From Acidimicrobiia bacterium (GTDB lineage: Bacteria; Actinomycetota; Acidimicrobiia; Spongiisociales; ZC4RG35): 64,000 nt of DNA. The stretch lies in NCBI GenBank assembly GCA_036374335.1, contig DASUUC010000038.1, positions 32,070 to 96,069 on the forward strand, read 5' to 3'. The notes under the pieces were generated by a model. It was given only the letters and a program-made list of their open reading frames with translations. It had not been told where the DNA came from and made no database searches. Below, piece by piece: positions 49,903 to 59,556 of this stretch. How positions within the stretch are numbered: the stretch's first letter is position 1; the number at the start of each line of letters is the position of its first letter. Both the position numbers and the translations under genes were made by a program.

Positions 49903-50672
49903 TCCGAGAAGGAGCCGACATAAACGTCGGGCATATCGTGCCCGGCGACCATCATCGCGAGTGCGTCATGACACGAGGTCACGCCACTGCCACAGTAGAC
50001 CACCGTGTTGGAGGGCAGCGAGGAGTAGATCTCGGAGAGTTCGGACGGTTTACGAAACCTGCCGTTACCGGTGAGGTTGTCGGATGTCGGGATGTTGATC
50101 GCTCCGGGAATGTGACCCGATTTGGGGTCCACTGGCTCACTCTCCCCGCGATAGCGCTCTCTCTCCCGAGCGTCGACCAAGGTGCGGCCGTCGAGCCGTT
50201 CACGGATGACCACACCTCGGAACCCGGCCGGGACCGGATAGACGACCGAGGGCGGGATGACCGTGGTGACCTCAGAATCGTGGCCGGCGGCGACCCACGC
50301 TTGATACCCGCCATCCAGGACCTGAGCCTTCTCGTGGCCGATCGAGAGCAACATCCACCACATGCGGGCTGCGATGCGTCCGCTGTCGTCGTCGTAGACG
50401 ACAACGTGAGACTCGGGTGCGATTCCCAGCTTGCCGAGTGTCGCGGCAAACTCGGTGACATCTGGGAGTGGATGCCGACCGCGGATGCCCGGAGGAGCGG
50501 CCAGGTCGCGGTCGAGGTCGACGAACACGGCCCCTGGGATGTGGCCCGATTCGTAGGTGGCCCGGCCCTTTTCGGGATCGGTCAGGTCCCAGCGAAGGTC
50601 ACAGACACGGAGGTTTTCGAGAGACCCGGCGAGATCCTCGACGCTGATCAGGGGCGGCACCGCGCCCGTCAT
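49857..50672 (-). CDS. sulfurtransferase (tandem rhodanese, SseA/CysA-like)
   Basis: Two rhodanese domains. Active-site CGSGVTSC. Confidence 0.75.
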   Translation of the reverse strand: MTGAVPPLISVEDLAGSLENLRVCDLRWDLTDPEKGRATYESGHIPGAVFVDLDRDLAAPPGIRGRHPLPDVTEFAATLGKLGIAPESHVVVYDDDSGRIAARMWWMLLSIGHEKAQVLDGGYQAWVAAGHDSEVTTVIPPSVVYPVPAGFRGVVIRERLDGRTLVDARERERYRGESEPVDPKSGHIPGAINIPTSDNLTGNGRFRKPSELSEIYSSLPSNTVVYCGSGVTSCHDALAMMVAGHDMPDVYVGSFSEWSRLDLPVATGPNP

Positions 50673-51028
50673 TCCTCTTCACCCAAGCTGTTCTCAGGTG
50701 CGGTCGGTCTTTCGGGTTCGGTGAGCTCTGTGGCGAGATCGCCGATGGTGGTCCCGACGGCGGCAGCGAACGAGCCGGCGGCAGCCTTCAACTCCTGGCG
50801 GACCTCTGGATCTTGCAGAGCGGTCGAGACCGACTCCGCAAGTTGACCCCAGGTGCCGAGGAGAGTGCCGAAGGCATCCTTGATCTCTTCCTCCGAGGGC
50901 CCCCCTTCCGTCGCCACCCTCCGGTAGGTGTCCTTGAGGCGCTCCCCGAGGCCGCTGAACTCGTCATGCAGTCTGTTCCAGGGATCTCGGGCCTCATCTC
51001 TCGTAGGATCGTTCCCATGCGTCTCCAT
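50669..51028 (-). CDS. hypothetical small acidic protein (start uncertain)
   Basis: C-terminal ~119 codons of a long minus-strand ORF show high GC3. The stop overlaps the rhodanese start (ATGA). The Met at 51028 would overlap the divergent exonuclease start by 12 nt, so an alternative downstream start is possible. Confidence 0.3.
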   Translation of the reverse strand: METHGNDPTRDEARDPWNRLHDEFSGLGERLKDTYRRVATEGGPSEEEIKDAFGTLLGTWGQLAESVSTALQDPEVRQELKAAAGSFAAAVGTTIGDLATELTEPERPTAPENSLGEEE

Positions 51029-51889
51029 CTCTTGGATGGTACCTACGAGCTGTTTCGCGCCCATTACGGCCGCAGGGACACGGTCATCGCGCCCGATGGC
51101 CACGACATCAGAGCCACCCTCGGCATCCTCGAGTCGACCCTGGCACTGCTGAGGGAGCCCCGTGTGACCCACCTCGCCGCCAGCTTCGACACTGTGATCG
51201 AGTCGTTCCGCAATGAGATGTTCCCCACGTACAAGTCGTCGGCAGGGATGGACGAGGAGTTGCTGCGCCAGTTCCCATTTGCCGAGGATGCTCTCGAGGC
51301 GATCGGTGTCGTCGTCTGGCGGAACATCGAATTCGAAGCAGACGATGCTCTGGCCGCCGCCGCCGTGAAATGGGTCGACGATGTGGAGCAGGTAGTGATC
51401 TGCAGTCCCGACAAAGACATGACCCAGGTCGTAGTGGGTGATCGCATTGTCACCTACAACAGACGTGAGCAGAGGATCATCAACGAGGATGGCGTCGTCG
51501 AGAAGTTTGGGATCCATCCCGAGTCGATACCGGACTACCTGGCACTCGTGGGCGACACCGCCGACGGGGTACCCGGTCTCCCCGGCTGGGGTGCAAGATC
51601 GGCCTCGACCGTTCTTGCCAGGTTTCCCCGGCTGGAGCTCATCCCAGCCGATCCCATGGACTGGGGTCTGAGCGTTCGGGGCGCCACCAAGCTGGCGGCG
51701 ACGTTGGCCGCGAATCAGGAGGCCGTCTACCTCTTCCGCGAGCTGACCACGCTCCGTCTCGATGCCCCGATAGAGGAGTCCTTGGAGGATCTGGAATGGA
51801 AGGGTGTCCCCAGAGACCGTTTCCACGAGTTCTGCACGGCCATGGGCTTCGATCCGGACACCATCAGCGTGCACCGGTGGGTTGACTGA
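51017..51889 (+). CDS. 5'-3' exonuclease (FEN/Pol I N-terminal domain family)
   Basis: MRLHLLDGTYELFRAHYG start. PIN-like and H3TH motifs (SPDKDMTQVV). 290 aa. Confidence 0.75.
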   Translation: MRLHLLDGTYELFRAHYGRRDTVIAPDGHDIRATLGILESTLALLREPRVTHLAASFDTVIESFRNEMFPTYKSSAGMDEELLRQFPFAEDALEAIGVVVWRNIEFEADDALAAAAVKWVDDVEQVVICSPDKDMTQVVVGDRIVTYNRREQRIINEDGVVEKFGIHPESIPDYLALVGDTADGVPGLPGWGARSASTVLARFPRLELIPADPMDWGLSVRGATKLAATLAANQEAVYLFRELTTLRLDAPIEESLEDLEWKGVPRDRFHEFCTAMGFDPDTISVHRWVD

Positions 51890-51917
51890 CACCGTTCCGC
51901 ACAGAACGGTGTCAGTC
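51884..51917. terminator. 14-bp-stem hairpin GACTGACACCGTTC-cgcaca-GAACGGTGTCAGTC between convergent genes
   Basis: Spans the stop codons of both the 5'-3' exonuclease gene and the convergent zinc-ribbon gene. Confidence 0.55.
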
Positions 51918-52082
51918 CTCGTCGTCCCCTTCCCAGATGAGGTCGAAGCGCTCCATGCAGTCGGCGCAGCGGTAAGCGATCGGGTGTCCTTCGTCGAGTG
52001 GCTCGTCGGCGGGGAGATAGCTGATGAGGTGTGCGGTCCCCCCGCAGTCCACACAAACGATCGTGGCCGGTGGGTCGGACAT
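51912..52082 (-). CDS. small zinc-ribbon protein (CxxC...CxxC)
   Basis: MSDPPATIVCVDCGG...YRCADCMERF. The start ATG overlaps the nhaA stop. Confidence 0.45.
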   Translation of the reverse strand: MSDPPATIVCVDCGGTAHLISYLPADEPLDEGHPIAYRCADCMERFDLIWEGDDED

Positions 52083-53425
52083 CACTGATCCCGCCGCGGT
52101 GTCCGGCTGAGGATGATCGAGCCTATGGTCCCCGCCACCAGGGACCCGGAGAAGATCCCGACCTTCGCCAGGTCGGCCAGTCCGGGTTCGTCGAAAGCCA
52201 GGCCGGCAACGAAGAGCGACACGGTGAACCCGATTCCGGCGACGGCCGACAGACCCACGACATGTTGCCAATTGGTGCCCGGCGGGAGCTTGCCCAACTT
52301 GAACCGAACCGCGCCGTACGAAGCCGCCGAGATCCCGACGATCTTGCCGATGACGAGACCGGCCGCCACTCCAAGTGCAACTGGATCGGTGATGGCTTGG
52401 CTGAGTCTCACGTTACGGAAATCCACACCGGCGTTGGCCAGGGCAAACAGGGGCACGATGATGAAGGAGCTCCATGCCACCAGCTTGTGCTCCATGCGGG
52501 TGAGCGGGGACACCGCCTCACTGGCGATGTCGGAGAGGAGGAGCACTTCGTGGTCGGCATGCTCCTGTGACACAGGTTCCTCGCCGTCCTCCACCGGATA
52601 CGCGTTGAGTATGGCTCGAGCTCTCGCGTCGAACTCCGGTGGCGTGTAGTAGGGCCGGGCGGGGGTGAGGAAGCCGAGGGCGACACCGGCGAGGGTGGCG
52701 TGGACCCCGGACTCCAGGGTGAGATACCACACGATGAGTGCCATCGGCACGTAGAACCACATCGCCCTCACGTGCACCTTGCTGGCGATCCAGACGAGGA
52801 TGAGCCCGACCACGGCAGCGGCGAAGTACCCGGGGCTGAGATCAGATGTGTAGAAGATGGCTATGACCGCGATCGCTCCGATATCGTCGGCGATGGCAAC
52901 TGCGAGCAGAAAGAGCTTTGCCCCGGCGGGAATCCTGGAGCCGAGGAGCGCCACGACCCCGATCGCGAAGGCGATGTCGGTCGCCATGGGGATCCCCCAG
53001 CCGGAGGAGGCCGCCGTTCCGGCGTTGAGCCCGAAGTAGATCAACGCGGGGAGGACCATCCCGCCCAGAGCGGCCATGACCGGCAGAGCCGCGGCTTTCG
53101 GGTCGCGGAGGTCCCCCAGCACCAGCTCCCGCTTGATCTCGAGGCCAACGACGAAGAAGAAGACAGCCATCAAACCATCGTTGATCAGGTAGAGCACGGA
53201 CTCGTCGAGATGGAACCCGAAGAACTCGAGACTCAGGTGCTCCTCGAGCAACGAGAAGTAACTATCTGCCCAGGGACTGTTGGCCCATATCAGCGCAGCG
53301 ATCGCCGCGATCAGCAGAATGATGCCTGAGGAGGCCTCGATCTGGCTGAAGCGAACAAACGGGCGGATGAATGTCTTGGGGACAAACCGCTCGGATGTCG
53401 CCCAAGTTCGATGTCTCGAGTCCAT
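52082..53425 (-). CDS. nhaA: Na+/H+ antiporter NhaA
   Basis: NhaA family TM topology and motifs (ASGIILLIAAIAALIWANS, DDLGAI). 447 aa. Confidence 0.85.
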   Translation of the reverse strand: MDSRHRTWATSERFVPKTFIRPFVRFSQIEASSGIILLIAAIAALIWANSPWADSYFSLLEEHLSLEFFGFHLDESVLYLINDGLMAVFFFVVGLEIKRELVLGDLRDPKAAALPVMAALGGMVLPALIYFGLNAGTAASSGWGIPMATDIAFAIGVVALLGSRIPAGAKLFLLAVAIADDIGAIAVIAIFYTSDLSPGYFAAAVVGLILVWIASKVHVRAMWFYVPMALIVWYLTLESGVHATLAGVALGFLTPARPYYTPPEFDARARAILNAYPVEDGEEPVSQEHADHEVLLLSDIASEAVSPLTRMEHKLVAWSSFIIVPLFALANAGVDFRNVRLSQAITDPVALGVAAGLVIGKIVGISAASYGAVRFKLGKLPPGTNWQHVVGLSAVAGIGFTVSLFVAGLAFDEPGLADLAKVGIFSGSLVAGTIGSIILSRTPRRDQ

Positions 53426-53426
53426 C

Positions 53427-54455
53427 TCAGCCGATCGTATTACCGGCTGACTTGAGCGTCTGGCAGGCCTCGATGACCCGTTGCGACATGCCGGCCTCGG
53501 CCTTCTTCATGTAGGAGCGAGGGTCGTAGACCTTCTTGTTCCCGACGTCGCCGTCGACCTTGAGCACTCCTTCGTAGTTGGTGTACATGTGATCCACGAT
53601 GGGGCGGGTGTAGGCGTATTGGCAGTCGGTATCGATGTTCATCTTGATGACCCCGTAGCCGAGCGTCTCATGGATCTCGTCCAGAGTCGACCCACTTCCA
53701 CCGTGGAACACCAGGTAATGACGAGCCTCAGGGCCAAATCGGTCGGCGACGGCGTTTTGGCCGTCCCGGAGGATCGTCGGGTCCAGCTTGACCGAACCCG
53801 GCTTGTAAACCCCGTGGACGTTGCCGAACACCGCCGCCAGCAGATACCTACCGCGTTCGAACGTACCCAGGACCTCGGAGACCCGGACCATGTCGGCGGG
53901 TGAGGTGTACAGCTTGGACCGGTCCACGTCCGTGTGGTCGGTGGCATCCTCCACTCCGCCGACGATCCCGATCTCCAGCTCGAGGACGATGTCCAGGGCG
54001 GCGCACTCGTCCAGCAGCTCGTCTGCGAGAGCCAGGTTCTCCTCCATCGGGAGTGACGAGGCATCGAGCATGTGACTTTGGAATATAGGACCGTCTCCTG
54101 CCGCCACCGACTCCCCGCTGGCCGCCAGCAGCGGGCGGATGAATCCGTCGATCCGTTCAGGTGGGCAGTGGTCAGTGTGCAGAGCGATGTTTACCGGGTA
54201 CGGGTCGGCGACCACTCGGGCGAATTCCGCCAGGGCGCGGGCGCCCAAGGCCATGTTCTTGTTGGATTGCCCGGAGGCAAACTCACCAGCACCGTAAGAG
54301 AACTGCATGATCCCGTCCGACTCCGCTCCGGAGAAGCCTTCGAGAGCGGCGAGGATGGTCGATGACGAAGTCGTGTTGATTGCCGGGAGGGCATAATGGC
54401 CCGCTTTGGCGGCGTCCAGCATCTCCCGGTATTTCTCAGGTGTGGCGATTGGCAC
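53427..54455 (-). CDS. fba: class II fructose-bisphosphate aldolase
   Basis: GTG start at 54455, preceded by AGGGAG. Product VPIATPEKYREMLDAAKAGHYALPAINT... matches actinobacterial Fba. 343 aa. Confidence 0.85.
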   Translation of the reverse strand: MPIATPEKYREMLDAAKAGHYALPAINTTSSSTILAALEGFSGAESDGIMQFSYGAGEFASGQSNKNMALGARALAEFARVVADPYPVNIALHTDHCPPERIDGFIRPLLAASGESVAAGDGPIFQSHMLDASSLPMEENLALADELLDECAALDIVLELEIGIVGGVEDATDHTDVDRSKLYTSPADMVRVSEVLGTFERGRYLLAAVFGNVHGVYKPGSVKLDPTILRDGQNAVADRFGPEARHYLVFHGGSGSTLDEIHETLGYGVIKMNIDTDCQYAYTRPIVDHMYTNYEGVLKVDGDVGNKKVYDPRSYMKKAEAGMSQRVIEACQTLKSAGNTIG

Positions 54456-54548
54456 CCGTTTTCTCCCTGTTGGTTTGCTATACGCGAAGGTAGTCGCTCC
54501 ACTTTGCCGACTCGCCGTCGGGATCGATCGCAGATACTTTCGACGTTG

Positions 54549-54962
54549 ATGGCTCACCCCGTCCAGTCCCGCGCGCCACGCAAAGCTCGCAGCCCTCTGG
54601 TCCGTGCCCTTCTCTTCGTGCTGGGGCTGATCTGTCTCGCCCTCATCCCGGTGAGCTATCTCCCCGGCATCCCGACATTCGACCTGATCCTGTTAGCTGC
54701 TTTCTTCTTCTCGATGTCCTCGGACAAGATGTATGGCTGGATGGTCAACCATCGATACTTCGGAAGGGTGATTCGGGGTTATCGCGATCACGGATTGACC
54801 ATGCGCATGAAGTGGACTGCCGCTGCAGGTATAACCGGCTCTCTGCTTCTCTCCGGGGTTTTTCTCACCGACAACGTCTGGATCCGGCTGATCCTGGCGG
54901 CTGTCGGGGTCTACGCCCTGTGGTTTGTCTTCTCCAGGCCCACGAGGGATCCGGGGAGCTAA
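54549..54962 (+). CDS. DUF454 (YbaN-like) inner membrane protein
   Basis: Small 4-TM protein with the YbaN-like layout. Start chosen at ATG 54549. Confidence 0.5.
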   Translation: MAHPVQSRAPRKARSPLVRALLFVLGLICLALIPVSYLPGIPTFDLILLAAFFFSMSSDKMYGWMVNHRYFGRVIRGYRDHGLTMRMKWTAAAGITGSLLLSGVFLTDNVWIRLILAAVGVYALWFVFSRPTRDPGS

Positions 54963-55003
54963 GACAGATCTCAGGAGGGCACAACCCGGTTACCGTCCCG
55001 TCG

Positions 55004-56188
55004 ATGCGGCCATTCTCAAAGCCAGGTCTCGGTGCGGTCACTGCGGCCACGATGGCCACCGCCACATTCGCGATCATCGTGGCCAGCGTGTTGGCCGCTC
55101 AGCTGATCGAGGAATTCGATATCACCCGAGCACAGGTCGGCGCCCTGGTCTTCGCCAATGGCGTCGTCGGGGCTCTCGCCTCACCGCTCTTCGGCAGGAT
55201 CACTGATTGGCTTGGCTCGGTACGGTCCGTCGTAGGCGCTTTGTCTATTGGTTCGCTCACGCTGGCGGCCTGGGCGCTGAGCCCCACCTATGCGGTGCTG
55301 GTGACTGCCGCTCTCGTCACCGGTCTGTCCAATGCCTGGGGCAACCCTGCCACCAACGCCCTGATCGTCGACAACGTACGAGCGGGTGAGAGGGGAGTAG
55401 TCACAGGTGTGAAACAATCGGGAGTCCAGATCGGGACCTTCCTAGGGGGACTTCTCTTGCCACTATTCACGGCCTGGTGGTCGTGGCGGGTGGCGGTCCT
55501 GATCTTCCTGGCCATGCCCCTGAGTGGGCTCTTGGGGATGATCGGCAGACGTGACCCCCACCGACATGTGTCGAGACGTCGTAGAAGCCGCGAACCACTG
55601 CCCGTCTCGGTTCGTTGGATCGCTGGTTACGGGTTCGTCTCGGGATTGGCGACCTCCGCCATGATCAGTTTCATTCCTCTCTTCGCCAATGAAGGCCTCG
55701 GCTGGTCCGAATCGGCGGCAGGTACGCTGATCGCCGTCACCGGGCTCGCCGGAATCGGAGCGCGGATGTTTTGGCCCCGTGTCTCGGAGCGCTCGCTCGG
55801 CCATGGACGCACCTTGCGAATCCTGGCAAGCATGTCGACTGTCACCGCGATTCTTCTGGCACTAGCCAGCACCGATGTGATCGGGGGATGGGTTCTCTAT
55901 CCGGCTGCCCTGATGCTTGGCGGAGGCGCAATAGCCTGGAATGCCGTCGGAATGCTCGCCGTCATGGACTTCTCTCCGGAGGGCGCCGTTGGCAAGGGGA
56001 CCGGGTTGGTTCTCCTCGGCTTCTTGTTGGGTCTCGCCTTTGGGGCTCCACTCATGGGATTCTCCGTCGACCAGTTGGGCTCCTATACCGCCGGCTGGAC
56101 CGGCACCGCCGTGTTGCTTCTGGTGTCGGGGCTCGTCTCGTTCCGAATCCCCCGGGGCACCACCGTCACCATCGGAGATCGCGTGTGA
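55004..56188 (+). CDS. MFS transporter
   Basis: 12 predicted TM helices. MFS loop motif [12 protein letters not shown]. Confidence 0.7.
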   Translation: MRPFSKPGLGAVTAATMATATFAIIVASVLAAQLIEEFDITRAQVGALVFANGVVGALASPLFGRITDWLGSVRSVVGALSIGSLTLAAWALSPTYAVLVTAALVTGLSNAWGNPATNALIVDNVRAGERGVVTGVKQSGVQIGTFLGGLLLPLFTAWWSWRVAVLIFLAMPLSGLLGMIGRRDPHRHVSRRRRSREPLPVSVRWIAGYGFVSGLATSAMISFIPLFANEGLGWSESAAGTLIAVTGLAGIGARMFWPRVSERSLGHGRTLRILASMSTVTAILLALASTDVIGGWVLYPAALMLGGGAIAWNAVGMLAVMDFSPEGAVGKGTGLVLLGFLLGLAFGAPLMGFSVDQLGSYTAGWTGTAVLLLVSGLVSFRIPRGTTVTIGDRV

Positions 56189-56859
56189 GACTCGTCATCG
56201 CCCGTTGCACCGTCGACTACTCGGGCCGTCTCACCGCGCACCTGCCGGAGGCGACGAGGCTGATCATGGTGAAGGCCGATGGCACGCTGGCGGTTCACTC
56301 CGACGGGAACGCTTCGAAACCTTTGAACTGGATGGTCGCCCCCAATGTCCTCGAGATCCACGAGGACCGATGGGAGGTCACCAACTCGAAGGGAGAGAAG
56401 CTCCAGATCTGGATCCACGAGGTCATCGAGGACGTGACCCATGCCCTCGGCCACGATCCGGGTTTGGTGAAAGACGGGGTGGAGGCCCATCTCCAGGAGC
56501 TTCTTGCGGCCACCCCAGACTTCCTCGAGGAAGGGCTCACCCTCATCAGGAGGGAGTATCCGACCGATATCGGCCCCGTCGATCTCCTGTGTGCCGACAG
56601 CAATGAGGCCACCGTCGCCATCGAGATCAAGAGACGTGGAGAGATCGACGGAGTCGAACAGCTCGTCAGGTACATCGAGCGTCTCAACATCGATGTGCGT
56701 CTCGCTCCGGTGAGAGGGATATTCGCCGCTCAGTCGATCGCTCCCCAGGCCAGGGTCATGGCCGAGTCGCGGGGCATCGAGGCAATCGAGGTCGATTACG
56801 AAGGCCTCCGGGAGGCGGAGGACACAGAGCTGCGTCTGTTCGACCCAAGAGCCCGTTGA
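56185..56859 (+). CDS. nucS: endonuclease NucS (EndoMS, mismatch-specific)
   Basis: GTG overlaps the MFS stop. [23 protein letters not shown]...[34 protein letters not shown] closely parallels mycobacterial NucS. Confidence 0.9.
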   Translation: MRLVIARCTVDYSGRLTAHLPEATRLIMVKADGTLAVHSDGNASKPLNWMVAPNVLEIHEDRWEVTNSKGEKLQIWIHEVIEDVTHALGHDPGLVKDGVEAHLQELLAATPDFLEEGLTLIRREYPTDIGPVDLLCADSNEATVAIEIKRRGEIDGVEQLVRYIERLNIDVRLAPVRGIFAAQSIAPQARVMAESRGIEAIEVDYEGLREAEDTELRLFDPRAR

Positions 56860-56872
56860 TGTTCGACACCTG

Positions 56873-57337
56873 ATGTTCGAGATCGTCTTCTACACACCGG
56901 AGATACCGCCGAACACGGGTAATGCAATGCGTCTGGCCGCGGTCACCGGCTGCCGTCTCCACCTCATCGAGCCACTCGGGTTCGAGATGGACGATGCCAG
57001 GCTCCGGCGGGCGGGGATGGATTACCGGGACAGGTCGGTTGTCGAAGTGCACCCCGATGTCACGTCGTGGCGGGCCGACACGGAGCCCGATCGGGTGTTT
57101 GCCTTCACGGTTGACGGCGAGGCCCTTTACACCGATGAGAGCTATCGGGAAGGTGACTCCTTTCTCTTCGGTCCCGAGTCGGTGGGTCTTGCCGATGATG
57201 TGCGCGATCAGTCGTGGGTCACTCGACGCCTCCGGCTCCCCATGGTCCCGGGGGTCCGTTCCATCAACCTCTCCAACTCGGCCGCCATCGTCGTCTACGA
57301 GGCCTGGCGCCAGTTGGGCTTCCCGGGCTCCCGCTAA
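56873..57337 (+). CDS. trmL: tRNA (cytidine/uridine-2'-O-)-methyltransferase TrmL (SpoU/TrmH class)
   Basis: 154 aa with SPOUT motifs (NTGNAMRLAAVTG, LLFGPESVGL, SLNLSNSAAIVVYEA). Confidence 0.8.
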   Translation: MFEIVFYTPEIPPNTGNAMRLAAVTGCRLHLIEPLGFEMDDARLRRAGMDYRDRSVVEVHPDVTSWRADTEPDRVFAFTVDGEALYTDESYREGDSFLFGPESVGLADDVRDQSWVTRRLRLPMVPGVRSINLSNSAAIVVYEAWRQLGFPGSR

Positions 57338-57347
57338 CGGCTGCAAT

Positions 57348-57402
57348 TCCGTTCTGTGAACGCCACGCGTGGATAGTTCTCGCGCTGCGTTCACAGAACG
57401 GA
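57348..57402. terminator. 16-bp perfect inverted repeat TCCGTTCTGTGAACGC-N23-GCGTTCACAGAACGGA between convergent genes
   Basis: Fills the gap between the trmL stop and the M20 peptidase stop. Loop contains CACGCGTG. Shares the TTCTGTG/CACAGAA core with 5106-5152. Confidence 0.5.
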
Positions 57403-57403
57403 T

Positions 57404-58750
57404 TCAGGAGGCGCGTTCCGCCAGCAGCCGCAACGCGATGGCCTCCGCCAGGGTGACCCTCTCCAGGTCGCCGAGGTCCTGGCTCTCATTGGGGGCGTGG
57501 AAGGCACTGGTCGGGTCGGCGGCACCCACCACCAGGATCGGTGCGTCGGGATAGAGCTCGGCAAAGGTGGCAATGAAGGGGATGGACCCACCGGCGCCCA
57601 TCTCCACCGCGTCCTTTCCGAACGCCTCCTGGAACGCCTCTCGCCAGACCTCGACAGCGAAGTTGTCGGAGCCGATGACCGTGGCGTCACCCGACTCCTC
57701 GTAGAGAAAGTCGAGCTGAGCTCCCCAAGGCACATTGGCCTCCAGATGCGCCTTCAGCGCGTCCAGTGCCGCCTTGGTGTCCTGACCGGGTGGGATGCGC
57801 ATGCTCACCTTCGCCCTCGCCACCGGGACCAGTTGGCCGATCGCCTCCGCGACCGGAGGCGCGTCGATGGCCAGCACGGAGATTGCCGGCTTCGTCCAAA
57901 GGCGCGACGGGATCGAACCCTCTCCAATCAGATCCAACCCCGCAACGGCACCGGTTTGCGCCCTCACCAATTGCTCGGGCATGTCGAGTGATTTCTCGAT
58001 CTCTCTGGAGACGAGACCTCCGACCGCCACGTTTCCGGCGTCGTCGTGCAGGGTGGCCAGCATTCGGGAAAGGGCCGTCAACGCATCAGGGACCACGCCG
58101 CCGTACTGACCGGAGTGGACGGCCGACTCCAGGGTGCGAAGCTCCAGTTTGACCCCCACGATTCCTCGCAATGAAGAGATGAATGCGGGAGTCCCCACCT
58201 CCCAGTTGGCCCCATCACCGATGACGATCACATCCGGGTCGAGTAGATCGGAATGCTTGTCGAGGATCTCAGGGAGACCTTTTGAGCCCGCCTCTTCCTC
58301 TCCTTCGAAGAAGAGCTCGACTCCAACCGGGAGCCCATCGCCATGCGCGGCGATGGCGCCGAGATGCATAACGATGCCCGCCTTGTCGTCGGCGGCGCCA
58401 CGGCCATAGAGTCGACCGTTCCTCTCCACGGGATCGAATGGCCCGGTCTCCCACTCTTCGATCGGGCCCGGAGGCTGCACGTCATAGTGGGCATAGAGGA
58501 GGACGGTGGGGGCGGCCTCGGGCCCAGGAATCTCGGCGAACACGGCAGGGTGGCCACTGGACGACTCCAGAAGTCGGGCATTGTCGAACCCGGCTTCGTC
58601 GAGCATCGACACGATCGTCTCTCCGGCCTCCCGAACTCGTGCTGGGTCGTATCCGTCGGCTGACACCGACTTCATGCGGATCAGAGTGGCGAGAAGCTCC
58701 TTCAGGCGGGGCATGTCTTCGGCAACTGCCGACTTCAGGTCATCGTGCAT
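57404..58750 (-). CDS. M20 family dipeptidase/peptidase (ArgE/DapE/CPG2-like)
   Basis: M20 metal-binding motifs (HYDVQP, GRGAADDKAG, EGEEEAGS). 448 aa. Confidence 0.7.
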   Translation of the reverse strand: MHDDLKSAVAEDMPRLKELLATLIRMKSVSADGYDPARVREAGETIVSMLDEAGFDNARLLESSSGHPAVFAEIPGPEAAPTVLLYAHYDVQPPGPIEEWETGPFDPVERNGRLYGRGAADDKAGIVMHLGAIAAHGDGLPVGVELFFEGEEEAGSKGLPEILDKHSDLLDPDVIVIGDGANWEVGTPAFISSLRGIVGVKLELRTLESAVHSGQYGGVVPDALTALSRMLATLHDDAGNVAVGGLVSREIEKSLDMPEQLVRAQTGAVAGLDLIGEGSIPSRLWTKPAISVLAIDAPPVAEAIGQLVPVARAKVSMRIPPGQDTKAALDALKAHLEANVPWGAQLDFLYEESGDATVIGSDNFAVEVWREAFQEAFGKDAVEMGAGGSIPFIATFAELYPDAPILVVGAADPTSAFHAPNESQDLGDLERVTLAEAIALRLLAERAS

Positions 58751-58774
58751 TCACAGCAGCGTACCGCTGCCAAG

Positions 58775-59545
58775 ATGGTCGTCGTGCTCAGGTTCCGTCT
58801 GTTCAACATGCCCGTCACCGTCCGCGGCTCCTTCCTTTTGATCGCGGCTCTTATCGGGTTCGCAGGTGCCCGCGACTTCAGCAGTTCTACTGATGTCGCC
58901 AGGGCCGTCGCCTGGGTTTCCATAATCTTCGCCTCCATCCTCGTCCACGAACTGGGGCACGCCTTCACGGCTCGGATGTTTGGCTCCCAGGTGGCGATCG
59001 AGCTGAACGGGCTAGGGGGACTCACACGGTGGACGGCACCCGGCGGGGAACTGACCCCCGGACGTCGTGCTCTGGTTGCCGCCGCCGGGTCCGCCACCGG
59101 CCTCCTCTTCGGCGGGCTGGTGTGGCTAGTGGCCGCCCAATTCGGTCCGTACCCGCCATTGACCGCCTTCATCCTGGAGAGCCTGATCTATGTGAACGTC
59201 TTTTGGGGGCTACTCAACTGGTTGCCGATACGGCCGCTCGACGGGGGCCATCTCCTCGAGTCGTTTCTGGATAGATTCGTCCCTCAGCGAGCCGAGTTGA
59301 TTGCCCGGATCGTGTTCACCGGCACGGCAGCAGCCGCTGTGGCCTTTGCCATATGGCAGGACCGGCTGTTCATCGCGGTGCTGGCCGGGTGGCTCCTGCT
59401 GTCCGAGCTCAGTGTCGGCCGGGAACCACGGCCGAGAGCCGGGTTGCCCACTCTCTCCTATGACGAGACGCCAGAGCCCGGTCATGTGGAGGATGTCGTG
59501 GCCGAGCCCACAGACAGCACCGATTTCGACGAGCCGGATCGCTAG
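58775..59545 (+). CDS. site-2 protease family (M50) zinc metalloprotease
   Basis: HELGHAF (HExxH) within a TM helix; multiple TM helices. Start at 58775, or GTG at 58745. Confidence 0.6.
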   Translation: MVVVLRFRLFNMPVTVRGSFLLIAALIGFAGARDFSSSTDVARAVAWVSIIFASILVHELGHAFTARMFGSQVAIELNGLGGLTRWTAPGGELTPGRRALVAAAGSATGLLFGGLVWLVAAQFGPYPPLTAFILESLIYVNVFWGLLNWLPIRPLDGGHLLESFLDRFVPQRAELIARIVFTGTAAAAVAFAIWQDRLFIAVLAGWLLLSELSVGREPRPRAGLPTLSYDETPEPGHVEDVVAEPTDSTDFDEPDR

Positions 59546-59556
59546 CGTCTCCGTCA

